Shown here piece by piece: positions 1 to 10,590 of a DNA stretch of 32,000 nt; the first letter of the stretch is position 1; each line of letters starts with the position of its first letter. The position numbers were made by a program, and so were the translations under genes. Where the stretch lies: contig NC_008312.1 in assembly GCF_000014265.1 (NCBI RefSeq), forward strand, positions 4,020,001 to 4,052,000, read 5' to 3'. This DNA comes from Trichodesmium erythraeum IMS101. GTDB lineage: Bacteria > Cyanobacteriota > Cyanobacteriia > Cyanobacteriales > Microcoleaceae. The notes beneath the pieces were generated by a model, which saw only the letters and a program-made list of their open reading frames with translations, did not search any database and was not told the origin of the DNA.

Positions 1-220
1 AAAAGTCAACAAGTGGGAAGACAAAATAGAGGAAAAAAGTTAAAAATAGAGCAGTCGCTAGGGTAGTGAGGGTCTTCTCAAACTCTCAAATTTATTCCGT
101 ACTGCGAATGTAAAGGCAAAAAGCAAATATCCCCTACTGACTTTCCCTTCTAGAGGTAAGGGTCTGGTTGACTTACAACTTCCGCTGTAATACATATCCC
201 GCCTCTCATTTTCGTACTCG

Positions 221-817
221 TTAAATAGATCCATAACGTTCTTCTGACCAAGGCTCACCACGTTTGTGATAACCATTACGTTCCCAGAAACCTAATTCTT
301 CATTGTCTAGAAATTCTAGTCCATTAATCCATTTTGCACTTTTCCAAGCATAGAGATGAGGAACTACTAATCGTACAGGACCACCATGATTATAAGGTAA
401 TGGTTCATCAAATAGAGTGTGAGCAAAGAAATTTTCTTCTCGAAGGAAATCAGACAAAGAAATATTAGTAGTGTAACCTCCATAGCAATGTTCCATAATA
501 TGGATAGCTTTGGGGTCTAACTCTACATGAGCCATCAAATCTATAACTTTTACCCCTGTCCACTGAACATCAAGTTTTGACCAACGAGTCACACAATGAA
601 AATCTGCTTTAAAGTGATTTTGTGGCATTGCCATTAAATCTAACCAATTAAAAGTAATTGGTTTAGCCAAACCCCATACTTTTAACTGCCATTTGTCCTG
701 ACTAATATTAGGAGTCTCACCATAAGTTAGTACGGGGAAACCTTTAGCCAAGTGCTGACCAGGAGGAACGCGATCGCTTAATTCTGCTTCTGGTTTTCGG
801 AAAAATTTACCTAACAT
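221..817 (-). CDS. molybdopterin-dependent oxidoreductase, short sulfite-oxidase/YedY-like catalytic domain protein
   Basis: 198-aa ORF with Cys-containing motif FHCVTRWS and the stretch GGPVRLVVPHLYAWKSAKWINGLEF, typical of the Mo-pterin oxidoreductase fold. Full-length ORF. The overlapping ORF at 58..276 is ignored. Confidence 0.75.
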   Translation of the reverse strand: MLGKFFRKPEAELSDRVPPGQHLAKGFPVLTYGETPNISQDKWQLKVWGLAKPITFNWLDLMAMPQNHFKADFHCVTRWSKLDVQWTGVKVIDLMAHVELDPKAIHIMEHCYGGYTTNISLSDFLREENFFAHTLFDEPLPYNHGGPVRLVVPHLYAWKSAKWINGLEFLDNEELGFWERNGYHKRGEPWSEERYGSI

Positions 818-2247
818 GGTTAACTATTTTCGGTTACTTGCTTAATTATTTCTATAATTGACTTAGTTCACTGATAAATAAGCTTTATAAGCTTTGTCAT
901 TATACTTCTCCCAAAATTAATATCAAACGAGGCAAAACAAAGCAAAAACTCAGTGATCCCAAATACATATTAACTATACTATATTATCAATTTAACTAAT
1001 TCCAAGAAACTACTATAAATAGAATGAATCTTACCTATATAATTCCCTTAAGTCTTTTTTTCTAGCTACTTTTATCAGTTTCAATGCTGAGATCAAAACC
1101 TTGGATAGCATTCCTAGGATATTGACACCTTGTATAGAGTTCATTAGATCAACTTGGTTTTTTAACATAATTTCTTGGTTATTTCAGGTTGGATATTCAC
1201 TACTGTTACTTTCTACCGGTGAAACTTACTCACCAAATAAGCGACTATTCTCATACTCACCAGGTAATATAGTGTGGACTTCTCCCTTCTCAGTCCTGGT
1301 ATTCCGTAGGACTTAGGCGTACCTTCAATACAGGATACCCAACTGCCCTATTTTTTTCTATTTCTAGCTACATTTTGACCACAACAAATCACAATTTTCC
1401 AGGGCAAGAATAAACTTTCTGTGATCATCATTTAGGGACTGTTTCTCAAAAAATTAACCCATCTTGACTGATACCATTTGGATTTACATTTATCATGTTA
1501 TGTCCAATATTTCTAGAGGTTTAGACTTTTCTAATATAAAGCTTCTGACTGCCTCATAAGTGCATAAATACCTTTAAGGCAAAATTTCTGTATTCAAGAA
1601 TCATAAAAACTGGTAGAAGTCCCAGGGATAACCTTACCCTAAAGCTTTGACAGTTAAAATACTCAGCAGTTGACTCCCACCTGGATCATAGATTTATTTG
1701 CTCAATCTTGTTTTTGCTAATTTTTTAACATTTAAGTTTTCGTAGACAATAATTTTAGACTTTTGAGCATAACCTATTAGCAGGAGAGAAACTGAAAATC
1801 CTTTCTTTTTTCCTCTGCTATTTTTTGATTCTGTTTAGAAACTGCCATCAGAGCCTTCAACCTGCTTTTACTTCCTGATTAATTTTTATTATAAAAACAT
1901 AAACTTTTACTATTGAGGTAAAAAGCATTCATTATCAATTAATGGCACCAAAAAGTCTCATGAACTTATCCTCTATTCATCTCACATCAAATTGAAAATT
2001 ATCGTGTGATAAAAAATCTAATCCATAAAAAGCAACTTTGTCCAAATCCTTCTAATACTTCTGCCTCCTACCTCTAGTATAATTACCTTATCTTTTTAAT
2101 GAGCCTCCATTATCAAACAGATTTAGTATTGAGATAATAGTTAAGGGTCAAAACATTCCTAGAGAATGTCCCTATCAATCAAGTATATTTAAACTTTAAT
2201 GCCCTAAATGTCAAATCTACACCAGTGGATCAAAAAAATAGCAACTT

Positions 2248-3675
2248 TTACCAATTTTGTAAATTTTGAGATTTATCCTTAATTGACAACACATCTTCTC
2301 CTAACTGAATAGTCACATCCGATCTTAAAGAACCCGTACTTTCTACAAAAACTTCTCCAAAACCAAGAGACCTTTGAACTGCTTGTGCGGCCTGAAGATC
2401 TCCTTTCTGAGCAATAATTCGAGTTACTTCTAAAGATTTACTCCAGGGTTTAGCAACTTTAACATGCCAATAACCAGTCTCTTTGAGAGACATAACTAAT
2501 TCATCAACAGCTTCCAAATTATCAGTACTACCTTGAACTGCTACCGTAATATAGTTATAATCTAAATTTTCTACTTCCCAAGCCTGATAACCAAAATCAA
2601 AGTGTTTAGACATCATATTATCTAAAGTTGTCAAATCAGGCAACCAGTAACTAGACTTATATTTCTTAGGATCGCTAAACTCACCGGGCACCATCAACAT
2701 CTGCACATTAGGTCGTTTAATCTTAGCAGCAAAATTCATTAAAGCGACTAATTCCTCTACACTCAAATTTGTATCAATGTGAGACTGAATTACTGAAAGA
2801 ATTTTTGGCAGTCGGGATAGAGTTTTCATATTGACCGACTGTTCCATAAAAGCTCGCATCAAAAGTTGCTGCCGTTGTACCCGCCCAATATCCCCTAAAT
2901 TATCATAGCGAAATCTGAGAAATTGTAGAACTTGGTTCCCATTTAGATGTTGTTCACCTGCTTTAAGATTAATATAAAGGTGTTGACTATCATCCTGATA
3001 TTTCATGTCTAATGGTACATGAACTTTCAGACCCCCAAGAGCATCTATCAACTTTTCCACACCTTGTACATTGACCCGAATGTAGCGGTCTATTCCTATT
3101 CCACCTAAAAGTTCACTAACAGCTTTTGCACTTTTTGCCGGTCCTCCATAATAGTTAGCAGCATTAATCTTAGTTAAACCTCGATCTTCTACATAAGTTC
3201 GAGTATCTCTGGGAATAGAAAGTAAGGTTAACTTCTGATTTTTAGGGTCAAATCTAACCATAAGTATTGTATCAGATAGTCCTTTAAAAGAATTAACCAA
3301 AGCATGGTAACCTAAATCATCATCCTGAGGATATTCTTTTAAATCTGATGTTAATACCTTAATTCCCAACAACAATATATTGACAGGCCGAGTTAACTCT
3401 GGCAACCTCATATTGCTTTTGGCCAAGTTTTTTTGAGAAAATACTGCTGCATCTTCTGGAGATAACCTTTGTTGCATTAGTGGAGTGCTAGAAAAAGCTA
3501 CTGCCAATAGAGCGCCTGCCGTAGCAGAAGTTATTGCCACTCCGACTACACCTAAAGCTAACCCAAACCAATGTCTCTTTCTAAATTGGGTAGGTTGTTT
3601 CTGGTGTTTTTCTGTTGTTAAATCTTTATTAGGGGTTGAATTTAAAATTTTATTAGTGGGCACTGTTTTCCTCAC
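2248..3675 (-). CDS. LytR-CpsA-Psr (LCP) family cell-envelope protein with N-terminal membrane anchor
   Basis: 475-aa ORF. N-terminal TM helix (WFGLALGVVGVAITSATAGALLAVAF). LCP core motifs NILLLGI, SDTILMVRFDP, LLSIPRDT, KINAANYYGG, IDRYIRVNVQGVEKLIDALGG. Confidence 0.8.
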   Translation of the reverse strand: MRKTVPTNKILNSTPNKDLTTEKHQKQPTQFRKRHWFGLALGVVGVAITSATAGALLAVAFSSTPLMQQRLSPEDAAVFSQKNLAKSNMRLPELTRPVNILLLGIKVLTSDLKEYPQDDDLGYHALVNSFKGLSDTILMVRFDPKNQKLTLLSIPRDTRTYVEDRGLTKINAANYYGGPAKSAKAVSELLGGIGIDRYIRVNVQGVEKLIDALGGLKVHVPLDMKYQDDSQHLYINLKAGEQHLNGNQVLQFLRFRYDNLGDIGRVQRQQLLMRAFMEQSVNMKTLSRLPKILSVIQSHIDTNLSVEELVALMNFAAKIKRPNVQMLMVPGEFSDPKKYKSSYWLPDLTTLDNMMSKHFDFGYQAWEVENLDYNYITVAVQGSTDNLEAVDELVMSLKETGYWHVKVAKPWSKSLEVTRIIAQKGDLQAAQAVQRSLGFGEVFVESTGSLRSDVTIQLGEDVLSIKDKSQNLQNW

Positions 3676-3774
3676 ACACTAAGTATTAAAATAAAAAGTT
3701 TTTTTGTTAGACAAATTTCGCTAAAAATTTAAATAAATTTAAATTTGCAAAATGTTAAATAGAATCTTCAACAA

Positions 3775-4149
3775 TCATAAATGTTTACCGACAACTTTTT
3801 CTGCTATCCGGTTAATTCCTGGTAGCCACAAGGGTTGTCTTTTCCATATCCGAACCATTAGTCCAAAACTAATTATAAAATAGCTAGTAGTTAGTAGACT
3901 ATTTATTAATAATAAGGTAATTATCCCAGATTCCCCTATTTCGACTCCTAATTGCAAGCAAATATTTCCTAATAACCAAATCAAGGTTAAAGTCACAATT
4001 AATCTGCTTACTGCTCTATGTTGTATGCTAGCCTTTTGACGAAACAAAATCCATATTGCAGGAAAAAAACCTAATATTGGAGTTACTAACAAAAATAATT
4101 CTTGGCGGTTAATGTAAGGATTTTCAAATTGCGCAGTATTTTTCATCAT
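3775..4149 (-). CDS. small hypothetical integral membrane protein (3-4 predicted TM helices)
   Basis: 124-aa ORF made of hydrophobic helices separated by short basic loops. I recognise no family, so it rests on ORF length and hydrophobicity pattern only. Confidence 0.45.
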   Translation of the reverse strand: MMKNTAQFENPYINRQELFLLVTPILGFFPAIWILFRQKASIQHRAVSRLIVTLTLIWLLGNICLQLGVEIGESGIITLLLINSLLTTSYFIISFGLMVRIWKRQPLWLPGINRIAEKVVGKHL

Positions 4150-4834
4150 TAGTTATTTGGGTTATCAGTAGAAGTAAAATTTTTGCTAGTATTTACATAA
4201 TTAAATTTTGTAAGATTATACTTAAGCTAATATATGTTGAGATTGGGAATCATAAAAATAACAGGAAAAAAAGTTTAAGTTATTAGGCGTCTTTTTTTAA
4301 ATTAATACCTATATTGTTTCTATGCCCAACAGCTTATTATCTATCAGCAGGTAAACAAAAGAAATTACACATTGAGCCAAGCTAAAATCTTTAATATATA
4401 AACATTGTACTTTGTCAATAATTGCTGTCTAGGTACTGACCATATTAATAACTCAAATCTTACTGCTATCTCATCTATCTTTACCTAAGATAAGGAAATA
4501 ACGTTTCTCCAACTAATCACATTTTAATTTTTATATAACGTTTTTCAAGTTCTTGAGGTACAGTTGTTTTCTGATTTTCTAATTCCACTGAACCTGAATT
4601 ACTACTCAGTAGGGACTTTATATGCCAAGTCTCTACTATCAAACCATTAAACTAAACTAGAACTTCTCCATATATCTGTTCTGATCATAAATAATTAAAT
4701 TAGTAATGACTTAGGTCAGATGAACCCAGGACTAACCTATCAAGTAGGAGTGTATAACTTAATATGCATGTGTAAGTCCTATTAATGTTAAAATTTTCGG
4801 TAATTACTTAATAAGTAGGAGATAGTTTACTATT

Positions 4835-5545
4835 ATGACCACTACCGAGAAGAAACCTATTGTTATTTCCCCATCTATATTATCAGCAGATTTTAGTCGC
4901 CTTGGAGATGAAGTCCGAGCTGTAGATCAAGCTGGTGCTGACTGGATTCATATTGATGTAATGGATGGCCGTTTTGTACCTAATATTACTATTGGCCCAT
5001 TAATTGTCAAAGCACTTCGTCCTGTCACTAAGAAACCTCTTGATGTCCACTTAATGATTGTGGAACCAGAGAAGTATGTTGAAGATTTCGCAAAGGCAGG
5101 CGCTGATATTATATCTGTTCATGCTGAACATAATGCTTCACCTCATTTGCACCGAACTCTAGGCCAAATTAAGGAGTTGGGTAAGCAAGCAGGTGTAGTT
5201 CTTAATCCTTCTACACCTCTAGAATTAATTGAATATGTTTTAGATTTATGTGACTTAGTGTTGATAATGAGTGTCAACCCTGGCTTTGGAGGTCAAAGTT
5301 TTATTCCTACAGTTATATCTAAAATCCGGAAGCTACGTGAAATGTGTGATGCCAGGGGACTTAATCCTTGGATAGAAGTTGATGGTGGTCTCAAAACTGA
5401 TAATACTTGGCAAGTATTAGAAGCTGGTGCTAATGCTATTGTTGCAGGTTCTGCTGTGTTTAAGGCTAATGATTATGCAGAGGCAATTAATGGTATTCGT
5501 AATAGTAAACGTCCCGTTCCTCAACCTCAGTTAGCTACTGTTTAA
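4835..5545 (+). CDS. rpe: ribulose-phosphate 3-epimerase
   Basis: 236-aa ORF with the hallmark motifs [56 protein letters not shown] Shine-Dalgarno-like sequence about 10 nt upstream of the ATG. Confidence 0.95.
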   Translation: MTTTEKKPIVISPSILSADFSRLGDEVRAVDQAGADWIHIDVMDGRFVPNITIGPLIVKALRPVTKKPLDVHLMIVEPEKYVEDFAKAGADIISVHAEHNASPHLHRTLGQIKELGKQAGVVLNPSTPLELIEYVLDLCDLVLIMSVNPGFGGQSFIPTVISKIRKLREMCDARGLNPWIEVDGGLKTDNTWQVLEAGANAIVAGSAVFKANDYAEAINGIRNSKRPVPQPQLATV

Positions 5546-5583
5546 TAACAAAAAATACTGTTTAATAAAAAGTTATTAAAATT

Positions 5584-5621
5584 AAAAATGGGTTATATCA
5601 TCCATTTTTAATTTTTTTTTG
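5584..5621 (+). terminator. putative intrinsic terminator after rpe (AT-rich hairpin plus T-run)
   Basis: AAAAATGG (5584-5591) pairs perfectly with CCATTTTT (5602-5609) across a 10-nt loop, followed by AA and a T9 run. It lies between the convergent rpe and DsbA-like genes. The stem is AT-rich, so stability is modest. Confidence 0.4.
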
Positions 5622-5709
5622 TTTTGAGATTAATTTAAATCAGGAGCAAAAGTAAAATTTAAATCTTTTTGTAATGGTTTTGGTTTCTGGCATCTTGCAG
5701 ATAAAATAT

Positions 5710-6459
5710 CTACTGACTAACTTTAGCAAAAGTCTCCTCTATCTGAGATAGTTTGACTGCACCAGAAAAAGTTTCTCCATTCATCACAAAGAAAGGTGTA
5801 CCAGAAACACCTATTTTTTTAGCTAATTGAATATCTGTTTCAATTGAAATGCTAGCTGCTTCAGATTGGCGATCGCTATTAAATTTATCTATATTTAAAC
5901 CCAAATTATTAGCAACTTCTAGATATAATTCTTCTCCTAATCTATCTTGTTGTTCAAATAAAGCGTCATGATACTCCCAAAATTTTCCTTGTTGTTGAGC
6001 GGCCCAAGCTGCTTTAGCTGCCGGATTTGCTTGAGGATGAATGTTTGTTAAAGGTAAATGCTTAAATACTAAAGTTACTCTATCTTGATGCTTATCCATA
6101 AATTCTTTAAGATTTTCCTGTGCTTTAGCACAAAAAGGGCATTGAAAATCAGAGAACTCAAATAGTACTATTTTTTGAGCAGTAGAACCAAAAGTTGGAG
6201 ATTCACCAATTTGTTCTTGAGGATTATTTTTAAACTGTTGTAATGTTTTTTGTTGACTAGCTTCTTTTTCTTGCTGTTGTTCTTGTTGATAAGCCTGTAC
6301 TGATTCAATTATTACCTCTGGATGATCACGAATAATCTGTAGAACTTGTTGTTCTAACTCTGGTTTTATTGGATTATTTGTTAGTTTATCCGAAAAAGTA
6401 CAACCACTCAGACTAATGCAAGTAGTCATAACTATAGATAGTAAGAATAATACTCTCAT
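5710..6459 (-). CDS. DsbA-family thiol:disulfide oxidoreductase, probable lipoprotein
   Basis: 249-aa ORF. Signal peptide ending in the lipobox-like LSGC. Thioredoxin-fold active site FQCPFCAK. DsbA-like tail GVSGTPFFVMNGE. Confidence 0.8.
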   Translation of the reverse strand: MRVLFLLSIVMTTCISLSGCTFSDKLTNNPIKPELEQQVLQIIRDHPEVIIESVQAYQQEQQQEKEASQQKTLQQFKNNPQEQIGESPTFGSTAQKIVLFEFSDFQCPFCAKAQENLKEFMDKHQDRVTLVFKHLPLTNIHPQANPAAKAAWAAQQQGKFWEYHDALFEQQDRLGEELYLEVANNLGLNIDKFNSDRQSEAASISIETDIQLAKKIGVSGTPFFVMNGETFSGAVKLSQIEETFAKVSQ

Positions 6460-6712
6460 AATCAGAAAAGTCTATTTTGTAAGTCAGTTATAATAATAAA
6501 ATTTATATTATACTCCATTGAATATTAAATTATGAATTAGGAACCAAATAGAATAGTAAAAAAATTATACAGACTATCCCTAAAAAAACTTGATTTATTC
6601 CCCCTCTTAAGTGCTTAGACAAAATTAATTAATTACACAAAATTAAATCTTAACCCTCGCTCCCCCTTAAACACTAACACCCATAAATTTGACAGAATTA
6701 TTGACAAATTAT

Positions 6713-8083
6713 TTACTCTTCCTGAGTCATACAACATTCAGGTTGTACACTCAAATTTATGTTTTCACCGCTACGATTCAATTGTATATCAATAGGCAAA
6801 AACAAATATGAAGATTGGACAATTTCCTGGACTTGACTCGGAGAAGTAACTGTCCTATTCTTAACTTCTTGAAGTACATCTCCTGGCCTAATATTAGCTT
6901 TTTCTGCTGGAGAATCATCAAAAACTTTAATAACTAAAACACCTTGCTCTTCAGTAATGACGTTGCTCCCAATTTCTGTATTTAATTTCTGTTTAACTTC
7001 TCGTGTCAGCTCGGCCATTTGAACACCTAGTTTTGGATAGCCACTAAATTCAGCTTCCACTGGTGACTCAAATATAGAGCCATCATCACTGAGAGAATAG
7101 TTACGAAACTCAAAAGTACCATCTGGTCTTTGTGCTACGCGAAAATTATCCGCTGAGTAGGCGGAGTCTATTTCTCCAGAATCTAAATTGGTCGGATCAC
7201 TACCTAATAAAACTAGGCCTTTAGCAGAAGACAAAAGCTCAATCTTTTGTAGGATGGTCTTAGTTTGGTTAATATCACTATCAAAAAACTGAGTGAACAT
7301 GACTCCTGAAGGTCCTGTCATTGATAACTGGCTTTCATGGACAACAAAGCCAACACTGTAGCTTAATTTCCATACTCCTTTAAAGGCTTCTTTTAGCCTG
7401 TCATCTGGTTCAATAAGAGGGCCAAAAATTCTGTTTTCTTTGGTGGATACCTTTGGATATTTTGTCCTTGGTCGAGTGGGAGGTGAAGTTTCTGTTGGAG
7501 TTGGTTCCGATATTGTATCGTTATTTGGATCATTGGGTGCCTCAGGAATCATGGCTAAAATTTTACTAGAGAAAAACCCTGCTATGGCTAGAGCAACTAA
7601 AGACTTCCAAGGAATAGCTCTAGGTTGACCACTTGCTCTCTCCACTAAACACCTTGCCATAATGTCATGGAGTGCCTGTTTTTCTGGGGTAAAAGCAGCC
7701 ATCAGATAACCAACAACTAATACAATTAATCCCAGAATAAACAGTATTCCAGCTAGTATCAAGTATGGTGAATCTGTAGACCCTGTCCCTTCACCCATTA
7801 TGGCCACTATTGTAGCAGCTATCCAAACTACAAGAAAAAATGACTTGCCGAAATATCTTGCTGTTGCTTTGCCAAAAGAAATTTTATTTCCCCGTAAGTC
7901 TGTTACAGAAATTCCAACTATCTGTTTACCTAAAGTTCCTTGTATTTGAGAACTTTCCAATATAGCAAAATATAACCAACCTAATACAGTATTTAAAACT
8001 AGAAAAATAGAGGATTTTACCGAAGTATTTTCATTTATTTCTTGCTTACCCAAAGTCAAGTAAATTAATAGTAAAAAAACCAC
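6713..8083 (-). CDS. RDD-domain membrane protein with C-terminal PDZ domain (true N-terminus probably lies upstream of the GTG at 8083)
   Basis: 456-aa ORF. RDD-type membrane module (GTLGKQIVGISVTDLRGNKISFGKATARYFGK ... ALHDIMARCLV), a Pro/Thr-rich linker and a C-terminal PDZ (GVLVIKVFDDSPAEKANIRPGDVLQEV). The in-frame upstream sequence KYAIFNQIFVDILIDG matches the start of the RDD module in the neighbouring kinase. Confidence 0.75.
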   Translation of the reverse strand: MVFLLLIYLTLGKQEINENTSVKSSIFLVLNTVLGWLYFAILESSQIQGTLGKQIVGISVTDLRGNKISFGKATARYFGKSFFLVVWIAATIVAIMGEGTGSTDSPYLILAGILFILGLIVLVVGYLMAAFTPEKQALHDIMARCLVERASGQPRAIPWKSLVALAIAGFFSSKILAMIPEAPNDPNNDTISEPTPTETSPPTRPRTKYPKVSTKENRIFGPLIEPDDRLKEAFKGVWKLSYSVGFVVHESQLSMTGPSGVMFTQFFDSDINQTKTILQKIELLSSAKGLVLLGSDPTNLDSGEIDSAYSADNFRVAQRPDGTFEFRNYSLSDDGSIFESPVEAEFSGYPKLGVQMAELTREVKQKLNTEIGSNVITEEQGVLVIKVFDDSPAEKANIRPGDVLQEVKNRTVTSPSQVQEIVQSSYLFLPIDIQLNRSGENINLSVQPECCMTQEE

Positions 8084-8144
8084 TCCATCAATTAAAATAT
8101 CAACAAATATTTGATTAAAAATTGCATATTTTTTTGAGACATTT

Positions 8145-9392
8145 TTAAATATTCTTAATAACTAAACAACCATAGATAATGTCATGTAAAACTCGTTTTA
8201 TTTTGTTAAAACTAGCCAGAATAAAACCTATACCTAAAGTTAAGTATGAAAAAAATTTACTAGAATGTCTTTTAGTAGCTTTATCAAAATAAATTCTCCT
8301 TCTTTGTAGATCAGTTACCTTAATTCCCATTAACATTTTTCCAAAAGTTCCTTGTGTTTTTGAACTATCCATTACTGGGCAATAAATAAATCCTGCAATT
8401 ATGTAAAAGACTAAAATTCTTGCCATAAATTCTGCTTCATCAACAGTAACATCATTAATTATAAAATCAACAATTATACTACCAATAATTATAATAGTTT
8501 TATCAATCAAATCAGCAGCAAGTCTCATCCAAAAACCTGCATATTTTTCAACATCGGCAGGTAAAATCCCTTTAATTTCCTGCAATGCTTCCCCAGCATT
8601 ATGATAACGTAACAAGCAATTTTGTTCCACCATTTTATCTATAATATTTCCTAATTCCTGACTAATCAAAACTCCTTGACGCCATAAAAGTTCAGGGTTA
8701 TTTTGATTCCTAAGTAATAAATTAGGAGCTAGTAAATTTGGAGATACTCCCATCAAAGCTTGAATGGCTATTTTTCCAACAGCATAAACATCACTGGCGC
8801 ATTCAGGATGACCTTGACCTTGTTCCCCAGCCATATATCCTGGGGTTCCAATAATAACCGTTATAGTTTTTTGACCTTGCTGGTTAACTAATACTGTACC
8901 TACCTCTTTAACTGCGCCAAAATCAATCAAAACTATCTGATTATCTTCAGTACGTCGCATTAAATTAGATGGTTTAATATCCCGATGGATTACTCCATTT
9001 TTATGGACAAAATCTAATACTTCTAAAATATCAATTAATAAGTGAATAACTTCTGATTCACTTAATTTATTCCCTGGTTTTAGCTCCTCTGTTAAATCTT
9101 TACCTTTAATATATTCTTGAACCAGATAAAATTCGTTATTTTCTTCAAAATTATCTATATAAGTAGGTATTTGCTTGTGATATCCTAATTTTTTTAGACT
9201 CTCGACTTCTTTTTTAAATAAACGTTCAGCATTCTGTAAGGTATAAGGGTCATTTTGTTGAGGTTTAAGCTTTTTAATAACAACTTCTTGATTGGGGGGT
9301 TGTGAATGTTTGTTTATAGCTATATATGTCTGACCAAAGCTTCCAGCTGTTAGGGTCTTAATAATTTCATACTGACCTTTTTTAAGAAACAT
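8145..9392 (-). CDS. Ser/Thr protein kinase (Hanks type) fused to a C-terminal RDD membrane domain
   Basis: 415-aa ORF. Kinase motifs GSFGQTY, VVIKKL, HRDIKPSNL, DFGAVK, GTPGYMAGE. C-terminal RDD module (YAGFWMRLAADLIDK ... GTFGKMLMGIKVTDLQRRRIYFDKATKRH ... VLHDIIYGCLV). Confidence 0.9.
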   Translation of the reverse strand: MFLKKGQYEIIKTLTAGSFGQTYIAINKHSQPPNQEVVIKKLKPQQNDPYTLQNAERLFKKEVESLKKLGYHKQIPTYIDNFEENNEFYLVQEYIKGKDLTEELKPGNKLSESEVIHLLIDILEVLDFVHKNGVIHRDIKPSNLMRRTEDNQIVLIDFGAVKEVGTVLVNQQGQKTITVIIGTPGYMAGEQGQGHPECASDVYAVGKIAIQALMGVSPNLLAPNLLLRNQNNPELLWRQGVLISQELGNIIDKMVEQNCLLRYHNAGEALQEIKGILPADVEKYAGFWMRLAADLIDKTIIIIGSIIVDFIINDVTVDEAEFMARILVFYIIAGFIYCPVMDSSKTQGTFGKMLMGIKVTDLQRRRIYFDKATKRHSSKFFSYLTLGIGFILASFNKIKRVLHDIIYGCLVIKNI

Positions 9393-9616
9393 ATTGATTT
9401 AGTTAATTTAGATAAGTATATTTACTAAGTTTTAAGTTTAAAGTTATTACAGTATAATTGAGTTAAAATATTTGCTAGCATTAATATGGGGTCAAAAAAA
9501 AGAATGTATAAACTTTCTAGAAGGCTCTTTTACGAGAGTTAGAGAAAATATTTGTATAATTCTATGAAGATTTTGTAATCAAAAAATATACTCAAAGTTA
9601 TTACTAAATAAATGCA

Positions 9617-10210
9617 ATGAACGAAATTATTATATCATGGGAAGAGCAAGACACAACCAAGACTAAAACAATAAAGGAAATACAACCTAGCAAAAATCCA
9701 GGAACAGTTAGGTTAGGTCGAGAACCAGCTAATTGTGATATCACTTTTGATGACCCTAGTGTATCTAGGCTTCATGTAGAAATTTTTTATAACAGTCAAG
9801 ATAACAAGTTTTATTTGCGCAATCTAAAAGCTAGTAACCCGCCAATAGTAGATAAAAAGCTTATTGTTAAATATGCAGAAGTTGTTTTAAATAATAATAG
9901 TTTGATATGTCTTGGTCAAACAAAAATTAAAGTTATCTATAACGCAAATAATATTTTCACCTCTCCTACAATTTTGCAATCTCCAATTCCTTTGAATAAT
10001 AACAGTACGGTTTTAAGTCCTCCAGATGCTTCTCAATTAAAAGAACTAGCAACTAAACCAAAAAGATCCATATTTGGAGCTAATTATTTGGTTTGTCCAA
10101 ACCCTAATTGTGGTAAACTTGTATCAATAGAAAAGTTAAATATTGGGTGTAGTTGGTGTGGTACTTCTTTAGCTGATGCCAAAAGTATTATTGTTCCTAA
10201 TAATAATTAA
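9617..10210 (+). CDS. FHA-domain protein with C-terminal zinc-ribbon
   Basis: 197-aa ORF. FHA signature (VRLGREPANCDITFDDPSVSRLHVEIFY ... FYLRNLKASNPPIVD). C-terminal CPNPNCG-x14-CSWCG four-Cys ribbon. Divergent from the kinase gene. Confidence 0.8.
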   Translation: MNEIIISWEEQDTTKTKTIKEIQPSKNPGTVRLGREPANCDITFDDPSVSRLHVEIFYNSQDNKFYLRNLKASNPPIVDKKLIVKYAEVVLNNNSLICLGQTKIKVIYNANNIFTSPTILQSPIPLNNNSTVLSPPDASQLKELATKPKRSIFGANYLVCPNPNCGKLVSIEKLNIGCSWCGTSLADAKSIIVPNNN

Positions 10211-10590
10211 TCAGAATTCAAGTTTAGGCAAAAAGAATATGATTACTGTTAATAAAATAATTTATATATAGTAGGATAAAATAATTTGTAAATAATCTAT
10301 AGATAAAATGTTAAGTAGGTAAACAATATAAATTACATATTGAACGAATCTCAAATCTAATATTTGTTTCAAAATCTCCCTTTGCCAATTTTTTATAAGT
10401 TTATCTGCTGAAAATCTATTGGATAATTGCTATATAGGTTTGCAAGTTTTTCAGAGGAAATAAACTAAAAAAAATATTTATATATAAATAATAGTTTAGA
10501 ATCTTTATTGAAACCATATAGAGTGTAAAAAATATAATTATTGAATAATTTAAATCAGCATAATTGATAACATAATTAATGGTAAAATTC

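Noticed and set aside
58-276. 72-aa minus-strand ORF overlapping the 3' end of the Mo-pterin oxidoreductase gene
   Set aside because: It overlaps the supported CDS by 56 nt in another frame and has no recognisable features. Probably spurious.
1101-1316. 71-aa plus-strand ORF in the long intergenic region
   Set aside because: No Shine-Dalgarno sequence, an odd composition and no family resemblance. I cannot support it as a gene.
3485-3682. 65-aa plus-strand ORF (and 7440..7628, 62 aa)
   Set aside because: They are antisense to the LCP gene and the RDD-PDZ gene respectively, with no motifs and no start context.
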